The notes: a model not told the origin generated them from the letters alone. 64,000 nt of DNA from Camelus dromedarius (GCF_036321535.1 NC_087437.1:17672001-17736000), one strand, 5' to 3'; shown: positions 12,837 to 26,797, counted from the first letter of the stretch. A program made the numbers and translations.

Positions 12837-13279
12837 GGGATTCCTGGACTAATAGCCAGAGGACTTTCCAGGGCTGGCGTCTGAATCACTGGAACACTTG
12901 TAAATAGAGGCAAGAGAAGGGTGCACGGTAGTGTGAGCAGGGCGAGAATCTGTGGAAGAACAGTTATTGGAAGGGAATGAAAACAAAATTTAAGGGCAGA
13001 CTCCACAGGTGCACTTTGTCATTCTGACTTTCCCAGCAGCGTCCTGCTCCTAAGACCAGCAGGGAGGCTTTTGGTCACTTTGTATGGACGTTGGGGAGAA
13101 GCAGCTGCAGAGCAGTGGTTCTCAGTGCAGAGCCCGGGACCCACGCTCTCCCTCCCCACTTTGACCAGCAGAGATGCAGACGTGCTGTCTGCGTGTTTCT
13201 TGGGCTCTGTTGTTACTAGCATTCCAAGACTTGAGTCTTCAAAAGCCTGGTGAACATCCTTTGTCTTTGGTAGCCTCCA

Positions 13280-13705
13280 ATCCATTCTCTCCCACACTGC
13301 ACTTTCCATCTTGGTAGTAACTCTTCTATTTTCTTTGGGGAAAACTTTCCCCGACGTCAAGCCATGTGCTCAGCCTCACTCCCCAGCTATAGGGCCATCA
13401 CATGACCTAGTCTTGGCCAATCAGCACAGTTCATTTGAGGATCAGCATGCCAGCTAAGCTAGTCCAATGGAACTCAGTTATGGGGAATTTTTTTTTTGAA
13501 TTATTGGGGACAAAAATTTTTTCATTACTCCACAGAATATGAGGCTGGAGATGCTATAGCCTCAACCTGGAAAGACCAGCCAAAGAAATAAAGTCAACAC
13601 AAAGGCTAGAAAAGTAGAGCGAGGAGCTGTGTCCTGCACATGGGCCAATAAATGTGCTTATGTCAATTAAGAATTATTTCTAATTAACAACCTAGAGTTA
13701 AAATA
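13280..13705 (+). mobile_element. Old MLT1 (J/K/L-like) LTR; contains copy 2 (13435-13688) of the 255-bp repeat
   Basis: 'catgacctagtcttggccaatcagc...agtccaatgg...gccaataaa...caacctagagt' follows the old-MLT1 layout through both ends of the repeated segment. Confidence 0.6.
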
Positions 13706-13957
13706 AAAGGTGGAGTGAGTATTAGGATTTTGCCTTTGATGAAGATTGGTCTCTGGCTTAATGAGGTATAAACATGAGGCAACTCCTCAGATTTCTTCAA
13801 GTAACTAGAGACCTGTTGTTCCTCTGATCAGGGCTCAGTGCAAGTCTCAAAATTAAAAGAGACACAGAGAGAAAAAGGGAGAAGAGAACTTCCCATGAGA
13901 CAGCTTTCCACTGTGCAGGATATGAAGTCCTAAAACTCAGCACATTTACTCTTTTTG

Positions 13958-14318
13958 GTCCTATCTCAGTTCAGGGCTCCTCTGGCAAAGTACTACAGAC
14001 GGGGCAGTTTATGAAGAACAGATTTATTTGCCACCATTCTGGAAGCTGGACATCCAAGATGAGGGTGCCAGCATGGTTGGGTTCCGGCCCGGGCCCCCTT
14101 CTGGGCTGCAGATCGCCAACTTCTCATTGCGTCAAGTGACGGAAAAGAGCGAGCTAGCTCTTTGACCTCTTCTTATAAGGACACTAATTCCTTTCACGGA
14201 GGCCCCACCCTCATGACCTAATTACCCCCCCAAAGGCCCCACCTCTTAATACCACCATCACATTGGGGATTAGGTATCAATGTATGAATTCTGGGGGGGA
14301 CACATTCAGTCCTTAAGA
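13958..14318 (-). mobile_element. MLT1A-like solo LTR
   Basis: 'aaagtactacagac...ttctggaagctgg...ccaagatgagggtgccagcatgg...cccaccctcatgacctaatta...cacattggggattagg...tatgaatt...ggggggacacattcagtc'. Confidence 0.85.
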
Positions 14319-15849
14319 GTAACTCTTCTTCTTGGCAGGTTAAGCAAGATAGTTCCAGCTGATTTGTAAAACTCTAGCTCTATGAAAAGATCAGGAAAAA
14401 ATTGGTGTGATATCTTCTTCTGAAATTATTTCTTCTTTGTTTCTCATTAAGCCTCTCTTCCTTTCCTCATCCACTCCTCTGCCCTTTTATTTTGTTGATG
14501 TTGCTTACTGTGTGACTTGCACCTTCAAACTTGATCACAGATAGAATCTGTTAGGCATTTAAAAGACATCCCTTCCAATGGAGAGATGCTGACTATCTGT
14601 TTGTCTGAAACCAGCCGTCTTCTACATTTTACAGCCATTGATTCAATCGTCCTTGTGGATTTTACTGCTTGTCATACAACAGCACAATTATTTCACATTC
14701 TATTGAAAGAGAATTTGACACTTTACCCTGGATTATTTCATACTACTTAGCAGGGTTTTCACATACAGGAATACTCTGCCTGATTGCAGCAGGTTGTGGA
14801 TATGCGATCATTCAATTTCAGTATAAACAAAAGCGATTGAATGGTTTTAGCCACAAGATTTGTCTCTTGACCAGAGTCTGGCAGGACCTTTTACAATACT
14901 TTAAACAAGCTGTTCCATGATCATTATTAGATGATTGTAATGCAACTGGCTACATTAAAAAAGAATATGTTAGAATCCGGCTTTTCCCAGCTTGGCTTCT
15001 GCAGGTCTCCTTAGTCCATGAGGCTCTGGTGCTGAGAGGGGAAGAGGAGCCGGGGGCTTGGCTGTCTCCAGGGCTCCTTGGCCGTGCAAACTATTAATTG
15101 TAGAGTCTAGATGGCGGGTACATGGAGTGCATCCTTTACAATTCTTTCAACATTTAAATATGTTTGAAAATACTGATAATAAAATCCAGCCAGCTGGAGC
15201 CTCCATGGCCCTTGGGGTCCAGCAGCCTGGATTATGGACTAGAATTTTCCCTAATTTAACACGTAATCCAAAGTGTTTGTCTCTATATCACCAGCACATA
15301 CATGTTAGTCCCTTTCTTCATCTCTCTCAAGGTCAACATGAAGTGAACTTGACCAAGGTCAGTTTGGCGCAGGTATCCGGCAGGTTGCGCTTCAACCTCC
15401 CGTCTCTTTCTAGATAATGGCTCAACATTCAAGGTCCTCCTGAACCTGCCCTTCTGGTGTCTCCAACCTCACTCCATTCCCCTCGCCCTGGACCCCAGTC
15501 GTGCCATGAGGGGCCGTGGACTTCAGGCTGCTTTGTGCTCTTGGCCCCAGATGTCTGGTGTTCCTTTTCATCTTTCAGTATGTCCAGCATGAAGCCCTTC
15601 TTGACCTCAAGTCAGGTGCACTGGCTGACCCCTCCTCTGTGTCAACAGATTTTCACAGCAACTCTAGTTTAATTAATTAATGAATTAATTCAAATGCTAT
15701 AAGCATCTCTTTCTTTAAACTGTCAGCTCCTGTGGAGGGCTATGTCTCGTTTACCTCTGTAACACCTAGCACAATACCTGAACTGTACGGGAGCTCAGAA
15801 AATCTTTGTTGGATAAATGAATGCAGTGGAGAACTAACACTACTGAAAG

Positions 15850-16250
15850 TTCACATTAGAAAGAAATCACCATGACAATGTTCTGTGTCTTGATGGGGGT
15901 TTTCCTTTGACAGGCACGTACATTTTAAGTGTACTTAAAATTCATGCAATTCACCCTATGTAAATTTCACCTAGAAAAAAAAAAGTATTGTAAATAAACC
16001 CTGAACTCCAGTTAATGATAGGCATGAGGAGGTATTCAGGAGTATAGTATACTGATGTTCGCAACTTACTGTGAAATGCACCAAAAAAAAAAAAAAAGAT
16101 GAACTGATAAATGGATAAATACGTAGATAAGTGGATAACAAATACAGCAAACTGTTCATTGTAGAGTCTAGATGTGGTGTACCCTTTACAATTCTTTCAG
16201 CTTTTCTATATGTTTGAAAATACTCATAGTAAAACATTGGAAATAAATCA
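15850..16250 (+). mobile_element. Old L1 (L1MC/ME-like) 3' end
   Basis: 'gcaacttactgtgaaatgca...attgtagagtctagatg...tacaattctttcagcttttctatatgtttgaaaa'. A similar short L1 end lies at ~15095-15185. Confidence 0.7.
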
Positions 16251-17339
16251 TCAAAGGAGGTATTTATTGTTTACAGAGTGAAGAAACCCCAGGTATACTT
16301 CTGGAGCAATATTGCATCAAAAGACGGCTCAAAACCTTAAGAGCTACTTGGCCACAGCAATCCTTTGAAAAGCCCCTGTGCACGCTTAGTCCTCTACACC
16401 TGGAACTCCCAGCAGCCTCTTAGTCTCCTACCCACAAAACCCATTTTCTGTCCTTCACGGCATCATGGTCTCTCCCTCCTGCCTTCTGTGTAAGGAGCAG
16501 CCCCTCTGGCAGGTGCTTATGGACATACCCTGTTCCCATGATGAGACATCTTTTTACTTCTTCATTTTTTCTTGAAAATCTGTTTAGTTTTGGCCCTTGC
16601 CTTTTGTCTTAGAGAATCAAAGAGAAGGAAGGAATTAAGTATAAAATACTGGAAGCTCTGGACTGGAGTTACAAAAAGGGAAGTTGAGAGACTCCCACAT
16701 GAAAAATGTTTACTAGAGGGAGTGAATTCCCTCTCTCTCCTCAAAAATAGAAGTGAGGAAAGTGAAGACAACAAATGCTTTCTTTGGAAAAGGAATATGG
16801 CTTCTTTAATCAACATTTCTTCTTCCTCCTATTTTATTATTGGCAGAAAATACCATTATAAAAAATAAAAAGTATGACACCTCTTTCCCTTAAAACATCT
16901 GAAATACATGCATTTGGCTGTCATTGGGCAGCAATATTTTGAAAAAAATTAGGTGGCAACAGAATGCATCCTTTCCATGCCCATAAACCTCAAGGAAGCA
17001 CTCTTTCAGCCTCCAGTCAGTATTTAATCAGCACACCATAACTTTTATGGGGCTGAAATGAAATGCTTCTGAGACACTAAATTTTAAGTGTTGCTGTAAA
17101 CTTTGGTCATCTGAGTTTGATTTACATATGATGGCCGCATCCGCAGTGACGATGGGGATAATGACGATTGTTGGTGTGGATCATCTGGGAAAACACATTT
17201 CCAGAGACGTACCCATCACCATAGCCTCCACCTGCCCGGTGCTTTTAGCACATTGGACAGGGTGTAAGTGGCAAAGATGAATCACAACTATCTATCAAAA
17301 AACAAGGGTAATTTACACAAATTTTAAGGTAACATCAGT

Positions 17340-17850
17340 GTATTAGTTAAAAAGCTTTTATTTGCGAGTAACATATGAGTGTAAACAACAAAGAAAATGT
17401 ATTAATTGATTTAACTAAAAAGGCTAGGTTTAGGTAAGATCGAACCTAAGGTTTCATGATGTCATCAGGGCCCTGGCTTCATTTCTTTGCAATTCTCTTT
17501 ATTTTGGCTTCATTCTCAAGTGGGTTTGCTTTGTGGTAGCAAGATGGCTGGAGGAGTTTCAGACTTCCTATTTCCACAGGAGGAGAGAAAGCCCTGGACT
17601 CAGAAATGCTAATCAAAGTCCTGAAATTTATTCTGATTGGGCTCCCTGAGGTCACAGGTCACACACCCTGATGAGTCAGTATGGCCAGGTGGATGGGAGG
17701 TGATGATTTGCTCAGGCTAAGTCATGTGCTCCACCCTTGAAGCCAGAGAGGAGAGTTGGCTTCTTTGGAGCCACATGAATCCCCACATGAAGAAAAGACA
17801 CACGGAAGGAGTGGATGTTGAAGAAGTTACTCCAAATGTCCATTACAAAT
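17340..17850 (-). mobile_element. Old MLT1 (J/K-like) LTR
   Basis: 'tgtattagtt...tggtagcaagatggctg...tctgattgg...ggtcac...gtcatgtgctccaccct...aaatgtccattaca'. Confidence 0.6.
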
Positions 17851-20800
17851 GATCAACTTCCTCCCTAGGACCTCATTGAAATCAAGTTTCTACAATGAAA
17901 ATCAAGTGATGAAGACTGACCTCACTTCCCCAGCGATGCAAAAACAGATGTCAGATATGCTGAAGATAAGAAAAGACTTACTGGAAACAGGGAATGCTTT
18001 TTGATACCCCAATGTGGCAGACTGGTGCCTTGTTTGTGTCTATTTTTCTCCCCAGAATGAACTTGACATCTACCTATTGTGTCTCTGCTGGTTCATTTGG
18101 CAGAGTTCACAGGTCAGTGTATCCAGAGCAGTGTAAGTACAGGAAGTCAGGGGGACGTAGAAGGAGGGAGAGGAGCCGTTAACATGTGTCAAAGTGTGTC
18201 TGGGAGAGAAGTAACATTTACTGAGTACCTATGGCAGCAGGCCAACTGGACAGTTATGAGTATTGTTGATTCCTTTTTTCCCCCTTTTTTTTTTTAGCAG
18301 GAAATACTACAAGTAAAGGATTGAAAATGGAAGAGAGAGAAATGTGCTGCAAAAGGTAAAAATGTTCAAGGAAAAGATAAGGAAAGGAGAAATCCCTTAC
18401 CTGGGAAAGAACAGAGATGGTGTTAGACCAGGACTCAAAAAAGACATGCCTAGTTTGGACTGCCTTTAATGTGGGCTTTCCATGCTCTAAACCACACAAA
18501 AAGCAGAGCAATGTTGTGAAAAGATCACTGGGCTGGAAACCAGGCAAGCTGAGTTGGCCCTGCCTGGACCATTGCTACAAATGTGACCCTGAACAGGATG
18601 CTCACCTCTTTGCCTTGAAGGGCAATATTCCTTCTCTGAGACTATGAGTTCCTGAAGGAGAAAACATAGTCCAGAGGGAGGGAGAGAAATGAAGAAAACA
18701 AGGGTTCACTACCTGGACGATCATGGGACACTTAGTGAAAAAATTTTGCTGAAGGTGACCAGTGAGTAGGAAATTTCTTTTGATCTATTAACACCTATCT
18801 GTTTATCTATTGGTCTACCTAGCTAGCTAGCTAGCTACATATCATCTCTATTCCTTTCTGGATTTTGCAAGAGTTGAGGACACATTTCAAAACCCATATA
18901 ATAAAATAGTGAAATACACATTAGAAATTTGGGTGAGGGATGTATAAATTAGAAACATGATGTGGATATGTGAGCTAAAAGACCCAACTCAGTTTCCACA
19001 ATTGAGCTGTAAGTTTGGCTCTGAGTTTTCTGGCAGATAAAGAAAAAAAGAAAAAAAATCACCTGTTTTATAATTTTCAATATCTATGAACATTACAAAT
19101 ACTAGCTCCCTGGGAGATGGGGGAACTAACCTTTATATAGAAATAGGTTCCAAAAGGGTGTGGAGGAACAGAAGGAAGGAGTGTTGAGTGGAAGAACTTT
19201 GCAGCTCCCCACGACAGAAGAAAAGAACTGAATGAGCAGAGTAAAAGCTGTGTTTCTGTAAAGCTTAGCTCAGAAAGCAGGAGCACAGGGTAGGGGTGGG
19301 AGGAGGCTGGCCGGCCTAGAGTTGACCTTCCTGTTGGCATGTCTCCTGGATGGGGCATGGTAAGTTGGCTCCTTGAGGAGCCTCTCGCCCTGGGGGGCGG
19401 GGGGGTCCTGTGGACTCCACTCTCTTGGGGTAGTCCTAAGAAGGATGTGCAAAGACCTGACCTAGCCTTGGAAAGGAGATGAAAGTTTCCTTCTTCCTAC
19501 AGAAATCTCTACAACTTTGTGATCTGATTTTTATTCATATGTATTATATTATAGCCACAATCTAACGTACCCATGTATGTTCTCTTTTTGTGTGTGGGTG
19601 GAGCATGGAATGAGATAAAAAAGAGTAGACTCATTATATAAGTAGTATACAGTAGCAAGAGAGCAGCATAATATTCTAAAATTTCATACAGCATTAGAGC
19701 CAAGTCTTTGGTATGTATTTAATTTTCTCAGACTGGCAGTGTGCTGAGGTTCAGGGACTGTGTGTATGGCAAAGCAGGCATCAAAGGAAGTTAGAATTCT
19801 ATTATTTCCCTATGTTTTTCTGTTATTTCTTTGGATTGATGTTATGTACAATTGAACATCAATTAGTATATTTGTTAAATGTATTTTTAATTATGCTATC
19901 TTCCTTCTCTTAATTTTATCTTAATCTTAATTTTTTATTAAGCTTTTAAATCATGATAACCACTGGCTTTTCCTCTCAGATATGTATGAACATTAATGTT
20001 AGACATTGTGTATTTATTACTATTTGGTAGAGGGAAAACTAAAGACATCATAATTTTTTGTTCATCAGTAGAGAGAACAAATTAAGAATCAAAAATATAC
20101 AGTCATACCCTGAGTGACAAATGCATTAGGATCAGGGCATCTTTATAAAAATCAATCATGTAGAAAAATTTTAGAATAGCCAGTTTTTATTTTTTTCTAA
20201 GTAGCAGGCACTTTGTATGCACTGCAGTATTTAATACAGTAACTCTTTGTAGAGTGTATTACTATCCTCCTTTCAAACTGTGAAAGTAGGTGTAACCAGG
20301 TTAATGGCTCATATTGAAATTCAGGTCTGGTTCTGAGACCCAACCTCCTCTATGGCATCACACCACCTCCTGTTTAAACGGTAAGAAGTCATGTGCGAGC
20401 GTTCAAGTCACCTGGCCTCAGTGCTCAGTGCCCTTGAATCTGGCAGAGTAGGCCAGGCTTTCCCATGGCATGTTGTGGTGTCAATCATCCCCCAAATCCC
20501 TGTGGTTTGAAACAACTCAGGACCATTTGTTGCTGATGCTGGGGGTGATATGAATTCTACTTCACGTTGTCCTCCTTCCAGGATCCAGCTGACAGCACAG
20601 CCTTTCTCTGGACGACTGCCAATCATTAAAAAAACATTGTTTACTTATTTATTTATTTTTTAATAGTGCAAATAGAAAATCAGTTTTTTTTAATTGACAT
20701 ATATGTACTCTTCATTGTTTCTAAGAACAGTTTAGAGCTTTAGCTTTTTAAACTTACACAGTTATCCAAGGAATAAAGCCAACCACAAAATAAGAGTCAA

Positions 20801-22000
20801 CAGAATGCAGTAATCCAATCATAAAGGACTTACACATATTCAGGAAATCAATCATCTAAGTTATAAATAATAAGTAGTTCATTTGTGTCCTTTTTTTTTT
20901 TTTTGGACTACCAATCTTTAGGACAAAAGCAAAGGAGAGCATTAGGGGATGGACCCTGGCTCTTCAAATTTCCATCTGGAAGGGATACATCACCTCAGTC
21001 ACATGTCATTGGCTAAAGCCAATCATTTGCCACATCGGGCTCCATGGTGGGAAGGAAGGGCAATTGTGCCACGTGCCTTCCAGCAGAGCCCCACATACCC
21101 CGCCCCCTTCCCCAGATTGCCTTCTGGATGAAATACACATGCACCATCAAACTTCTGTTCATGCATTGTGACCTTGGGCAGCACATAGAGCTGGATGGCT
21201 TTGGGCAAAGGATTTAATAATTCCACATAATACTGCAGGGTTTTTGTGAAGAGTCAAAGAGAAAATGGCCTTTCTTCTTCCTGTGTACACTTTTTCAGAA
21301 ACAGAATTGAGGACATACTGTATGTATAATTTCACATTCTGCTTTTAAAGTTAAACATTATTTCATAAACATTTCCCCAAGTTATTATAAACTCCTTGTA
21401 GGAATCCTTATTATATTAGAATAATATTACAGGACACATTCTAAAGTTGAGATATACATTTCTCTATAAAGGGCATTTTGCATTTGTAAGATGTCCCCAA
21501 TTTTCAGTGGCTCCTTATCATCCAAATAGGTGCCACTTCATTAAAGGAAGACGCAGAAGCCCCGGCTGGCATGGCCCCCAACCGTCCCCTGGTGAGATGA
21601 ATCAAACTTCCCACCGAGGACGACAAGCTCCGGCACACACTCGCTTCTCCAAATAAAGGTTCGGGGGCCCTTCTCCCCAGAGAACACCGAGCACATGGTG
21701 CTGCTTTGTAGGTCAAGGAGAAAGCCCTAAGGTATGTTAAAAAATTGCAGTTAGCAAAGGAAATGGATGAATGGAAACTGCTGCCTAGAATACACTTGGT
21801 CACTGCAGCAGAAACATTGGTGACCTGGTAAGGGCCAGAGAGAGGATGATCCTCTGTCCTCACAGGTGCAGAGGATCGTGGAGGGGAGAGAGGACGTTGA
21901 CACGTTTCACTTCTCTGGCCATGTTGTGGGCCATCGATCTGGGGGCTCCTAAGAGCTGGGCCCATAAAAGAAAACCCAAACTTTCTGTTAGTGCTTTCCA

Positions 22001-22119
22001 TTTTTTAATTTTTAAAATTTTAATAAGTTTAATTTTTTTAAATGGAGGTACTGGGGCTTGAACTCAGGACCTTGTGCATGCTAAGCATGCACTCTACCAC
22101 TGAACTACACCCTCCACCC
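22001..22119 (-). mobile_element. Camelid tRNA-derived SINE (Vic-1 type) with A-rich tail
   Basis: 'aatggaggtactggggcttgaactcaggaccttgtgcatgctaagcatgcactctaccactgaactacaccctcc'; 'agtgcttt' on both flanks. Confidence 0.92.
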
Positions 22120-23889
22120 TCATCAGTGCTTTTTAAAAATTTATTAATTCTCTGGCCTTAATTGCGCCCCTCCCCCTCACCTTTCTGACAGGAGGAGGAG
22201 GAGAGAAGAATTGAAGAGCTGGAGGGGAGGTAAATACCCTTCCATTCATCCATTGGTTGTTTCGTTCCCTCACTCACTCGGGAAGCATTTATCAGCTGGT
22301 CCTGTGCTGGGGGGAGGTGGCGATGACGCAGACATCATCCCTGACCTCAGCCGTTCACTGTCTGGAGGGGATCACACAAGCAGCTGACACTCACTGCAAA
22401 GTGATGGAGCCCGTTACTGGGCGCTGTGGGAACACAGAAAAGGGGCGCTTTGATCCGCTTGGCATTACCAGGCAGGCCTTCAGGGAGGTCGCTGTTAGAC
22501 TAAGACTTGAAGGAACGGAGGCTGTGAGTGGTCCCTGTGACAGCCCTTGGCTGCCTCTCCACCTGCAGGGGACCCCTGGTTTCCTGGTCCACTAAGGGGA
22601 AGGCGATCCCACATCTGGGCTTGAGGGAAGGGGTGTGAACTGAAGATAGGTGAACACCTTGAGCTGGAACAGCGTGGGCGGCTGGCCGGGGAGCAGGCAC
22701 TTTAAACCATTAGGCTCAATTGCACCACGTTTAGGGCCGACAGGGGTTTACAAGGGTCTTCCAAAAGGTTTGAGATGTTCTTGAGATGAAAACAAAAAAA
22801 CTGCAGAATCACAGTGAACGTCTGCTGAACTCAGGATTATACATTTATCCACAATTTATAGAAAATGGTACATTTATAAGTAACTGCTACAGTGCACCGT
22901 CATAGCCCCCTTCCACTGCACCCACTCAGCTGAGCCATGAAGCTGTGATGAGGCTGCGCGCTTGACCCCAGGCCGCTTTTCAAATGCCAGAAGCAGCAGT
23001 GGCCCAGGGGGCTCCAGACCAGGGCTGGAGCCCAGCTCTCCAGGCCATGACTAGGTGACCTGGGGCAACTACGCACCTCTCTGAAGACTCAGTTTTCTCT
23101 TTGGACTAGCAGGGATAAAGCCTCTGCCTTTTAAGGTGGTTGTGAAGCAACCAAGTAACAGATGGGGATGTACTTTGTAGTACAAATGGGAGCCGTCCTG
23201 CCCGGCCCCGACTCCAGCCCTGACTCGGCAGGCAGGCGGTTTGGCTCACGGCCGGCCTGATGGATGCCCAGGCCTCCCTGTCCACAGTTCCATCTCCCCT
23301 AATGTGGAGGAGGCAACTCGGGGGACAGTTATTCTGGACTCAATCCTGACCGAGGGGGGAGGATGGGTTGGTGTTGTGGAATAGATACATAGGGCTTTCC
23401 AGTTCACAAAGTGTTTCCCATGCATCATTTCACTTGGTTCTTCCAACAACCCAATGAGGAAATTAAGGTTTGCTCGTAATCGTACAGCCCTGAGCTGAGA
23501 GGCCAGGACTGCAACACAACCTTCCACATCTTGTGCTTGTTCCCAAGTGACCTAGCTCCCTGGGAGCCCATCAAAGGGGAGGAAATATCCAGACAAGGCC
23601 ATGGATTGAGGAAAACCATCCATCAGCCTACAGGTCCAGGAACTGATAGGTTATTTTCTTTCTGATGGGGGCATGGAGAAGGGAGGGAGGTGGGGAGCAG
23701 TGTTGATGACATGTCTGAGTAAGGGAAAGCTCAGCCTTTCTTCCTTGGTGAGGAGGGGGCCTCTTCTGGGGAGTGGGAGAAAGAAGGACCCAAAGACTAG
23801 AAGGTGAAATGTCATCTTTAGCCAGGAGCGGACAGAATGCGGATGGCCTTGGAGCTGATTGCATCTCCCAAGCTCGAATCTTGGTGCCG

Positions 23890-24060
23890 TCAGGGTTGCA
23901 TGCCTTCTGCAAGTCTCATAAATTTCCAGAGTCTCAGTTGTTTCATCTATAAAATAGAAGTAAAGCTAGTTTTGCCATGAGAAATGAATGAGACAATCCA
24001 TGTTAAGCTGCTAGCCCAGCGCCTGGCATGAATAGATGCTCAGTAAGAGGAAACTAGCGC
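23890..24060 (+). mobile_element. MIR SINE
   Basis: 'gagtctcagttgtttcatctataaaatag...cccagcgcctggcatgaatagatgctcagtaa'. Confidence 0.75.
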
Positions 24061-24369
24061 TCCTCATACGTCAGCTGCACGGAGTCCGGCGGAGCCTGTG
24101 CCGAGGGTAACACAGCAGTCTGGTGAGTTGCAGAAGACAGCTGTACTGTCAGACACACAAGGGCTGTGGTCCTGGGACACCACCCAGTTCTCCCCTCCTG
24201 GCCCCTTTGCCATCTCTGAAACGTTCCTGAGACACAGTCTTCATTTTTTTCTTTGCCGCCTCATGCTCCGGAACACAGCTGTACCCAGAGTGGCGCATGC
24301 ATGCTCTTTCTTCCCACAGCCAGAATGGCCTCCACAGTCAAGGTCGTCATCCTCACAGCAGTTCGCAGT

Positions 24370-24595
24370 GCAGGGGCTCAGCCTCTGGGTTCAGATCCTT
24401 GCCCTGCTACTTACTAGCTGTGTAGCTTTAGGCAAGTAACTTAACCTCTCTGTTTCCCAGTTTCTTCATCTATAAAATGGGGCTAATAATAATACTTCCA
24501 ACATAAATCTGGGCTGATTTTTAAATGAGACAATACATGACACAACACAGTGCCTGACACACAACGAATACTTAGTAAATAGTATCTATTGTTGC
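24370..24595 (+). mobile_element. MIR SINE
   Basis: 'ctgggttcagatcc...acttactagctgtgtagctttaggcaagtaacttaacctctctgtttcccagtttcttcatctataaaatgggg'. Confidence 0.88.
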
Positions 24596-25584
24596 TGCAG
24601 TTTACTGGCTGGTTTTCCTGTTCCTGGTCTCTCTCCTCCACCATTTATCAAGCCCACAGTTGCTGGAAGAATCCTCAGACCCTGGCTTCTGCACAATATC
24701 CTCTTGCCTGAGACCCTAGAGTGGTGCCCACTTGCTGCCTTTAGGTGTGATGCCAGGCTGCTCACCTGGCAGGCAAAGGCTCCCACTGTTCTCCTAGCCC
24801 ACCATCTCACTCTGGTCATTCCCCATTATTTGGACTTCCTGTCTGCTCCCCCTCAGCCTCTCTCCTGAAAGCCCAAGCCACTGACTCGAAGGTGATATCC
24901 CCGGGGCTTCGTATTGGGTTCACTCCTCTTCCTCCTCTCACTCCTGGCAGGCAAGTTCAGCCAAGCCCATGATTTCAATAGCTTTCCTTTCCCGTTGAGC
25001 TAATGTAAATCTCTCTCTCTCTCTGATTTGTTTATTGTCTGTTTGTTCTTGTGATTTCCACCATTAGTGATTCATTCTTTTGAGTTAAACATTGTCCTCT
25101 CTCTATGATCCTCTTTCAAAATGCAAGGAATTATGGAAGTCCTGACTGATGAGATCCTTCAGTACTCTTGGAGGCAGAACTTAAGAAGCCTTAAGTGCTT
25201 AGTTCCTGGCTATCCTATGCTTGGGCACTGGAGTCTCTGCAGGGAAGGCATTAAAGTGCAGCTGAGAGGAGTCAACATGGAGAAAGGGGAGGTAGGCAGA
25301 CAGGCAGATCTTACCCCATTTTATTTCCAATTGGTCTGAGCTGGGCACAGGAAGGGGACAGATGAAGAGGAAAACTCAAAAAGCAGTTGTCTATAAAGGG
25401 ATGAAAGTCAAATGGTCAACAAGCTTGTTAGACTGAAAAGATGCTCTAGGATTTCATGGAATCTCAGGTTTAAACCAAACAGCAATACTTGGACAGACTA
25501 AGGACCAAGGCTCTAGGAGAGCTGCCCTTCCTGTGAAACACTGGGTTCCCTTGGAATCTAAGAGGAAATCCTGTAAAAGTCTAC

Positions 25585-26275
25585 GAGTCTCATTCCTAGG
25601 AGTTTGTCCTAATGAAATAATCAGAGATGTGGTCAGAGATTTATATATAAGTATTATATATATAGTATCACATCATCGTGGTATTATATATAGTTTTAAA
25701 AATCTGAAAATATCCTAAATGTTGAGGAATAGAAAACTATTTCAATGAAATATTGAAGAGATTATCCTTGCACTGAAATGTTTCACATTCATTAAGATCG
25801 TATTTTAAAGGATATTTAATGACATGGGGAAATGCTAATGGCATAAAATGAACAAACAATTAGACTACACTATTTAATAATATGTATAACAGGTAAGAAT
25901 GGGTGCCTGTAATTCCCTGACAACTTTCCAGTGAAAACTTTTTCATTTTCAAGAAATATGATGAAACTGTTGAAAATATATGAGATTAGATCAGCAAACT
26001 GTAATATAAGTCAGTTTCATTTATTCTGTAAATGCAAAAACTAGAAAACATTTTTAGGATATAATATAAAACTCTACTATGGCCAATTCTAAACGCTTTC
26101 AACTTTTTGTATTCAATGTTCATGGTAAAAAAAAGATTAGAAGGAAATACGTAAGAATGTTAATTGTGGTTATCTATGAGAAGTGAAATTAAGGGTGACT
26201 TCAATTTTCACATTTATATTTTAAGATATGTTCAATATTTTCTGCAATGAACAGATACTACTTTTGTAATTAAAG
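25585..26275 (+). mobile_element. L1ME-like 3' region
   Basis: 'cattcctaggagtttgtcctaatgaaataatcagagatgtg...atttaatgacatggggaaatgct...ttaattgtggttatct...gatactacttttgtaat'. Confidence 0.65.
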
Positions 26276-26355
26276 TATTATTTTTTAACCTGCAAAGTTA
26301 AGGCTTATATAACATGGGGCTGTCGCATCTTTGTTTCTGGTATGGGTTGAGTTTT

Positions 26356-26797
26356 ATTTTTTTAATTGAGATGTAATTGACATGTAACATTATGTTAGTT
26401 TCAGGTGTACAGCATGATTTGATATTTGTATTTATTGTGAAGTGATCACCACAATAAGTCTAGTTAACATCAATCACTACATAGTTTGAATGTTTTTCTT
26501 GTGATGAGAACTTTTAAGATCTACTCTCAGCAGCTTTTGAATATACAATATAGAATAACTAACTACAGTCGCCATGCTGTATATTACATCTCCATGAATT
26601 ATTTATCTTATAACTGGAAATTCATGCCTTTTGGTCACCTTCAGCTCTCTCTCCCCACCCCTTCCAACTCTGGCAACCACCAGTCTGTTCTCTGTCTCTA
26701 TGAATTTGTATTTATTATTGTTGCCTTTTTGTTTTTTGACTCCATATGTAAGTGAGATCATCTGGTATTCGTCTTTCTCTGTCTGACTTATTTCACT
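26356..26797 (-). mobile_element. 5'-truncated L1 (L1MA-like 3' UTR)
   Basis: 'ttaattgagatgtaattgaca...tttcaggtgtacagcat...atcaccacaataagtctagttaacatc...atatgtaagtgagatcat...ctgtctgacttatttcactt'. Confidence 0.85.

Noticed and set aside
11803..13688. Direct repeats as paired LTRs of a young retroelement
   Set aside because: No TG...CA termini, PBS, PPT or outer TSD; the interior is ordinary genomic DNA containing old repeats and a SINE.
15095..16245. Similar ~90-bp segments at ~15095-15185 and ~16155-16240
   Set aside because: Both look like diverged old L1 3' ends; independent insertions explain the similarity.
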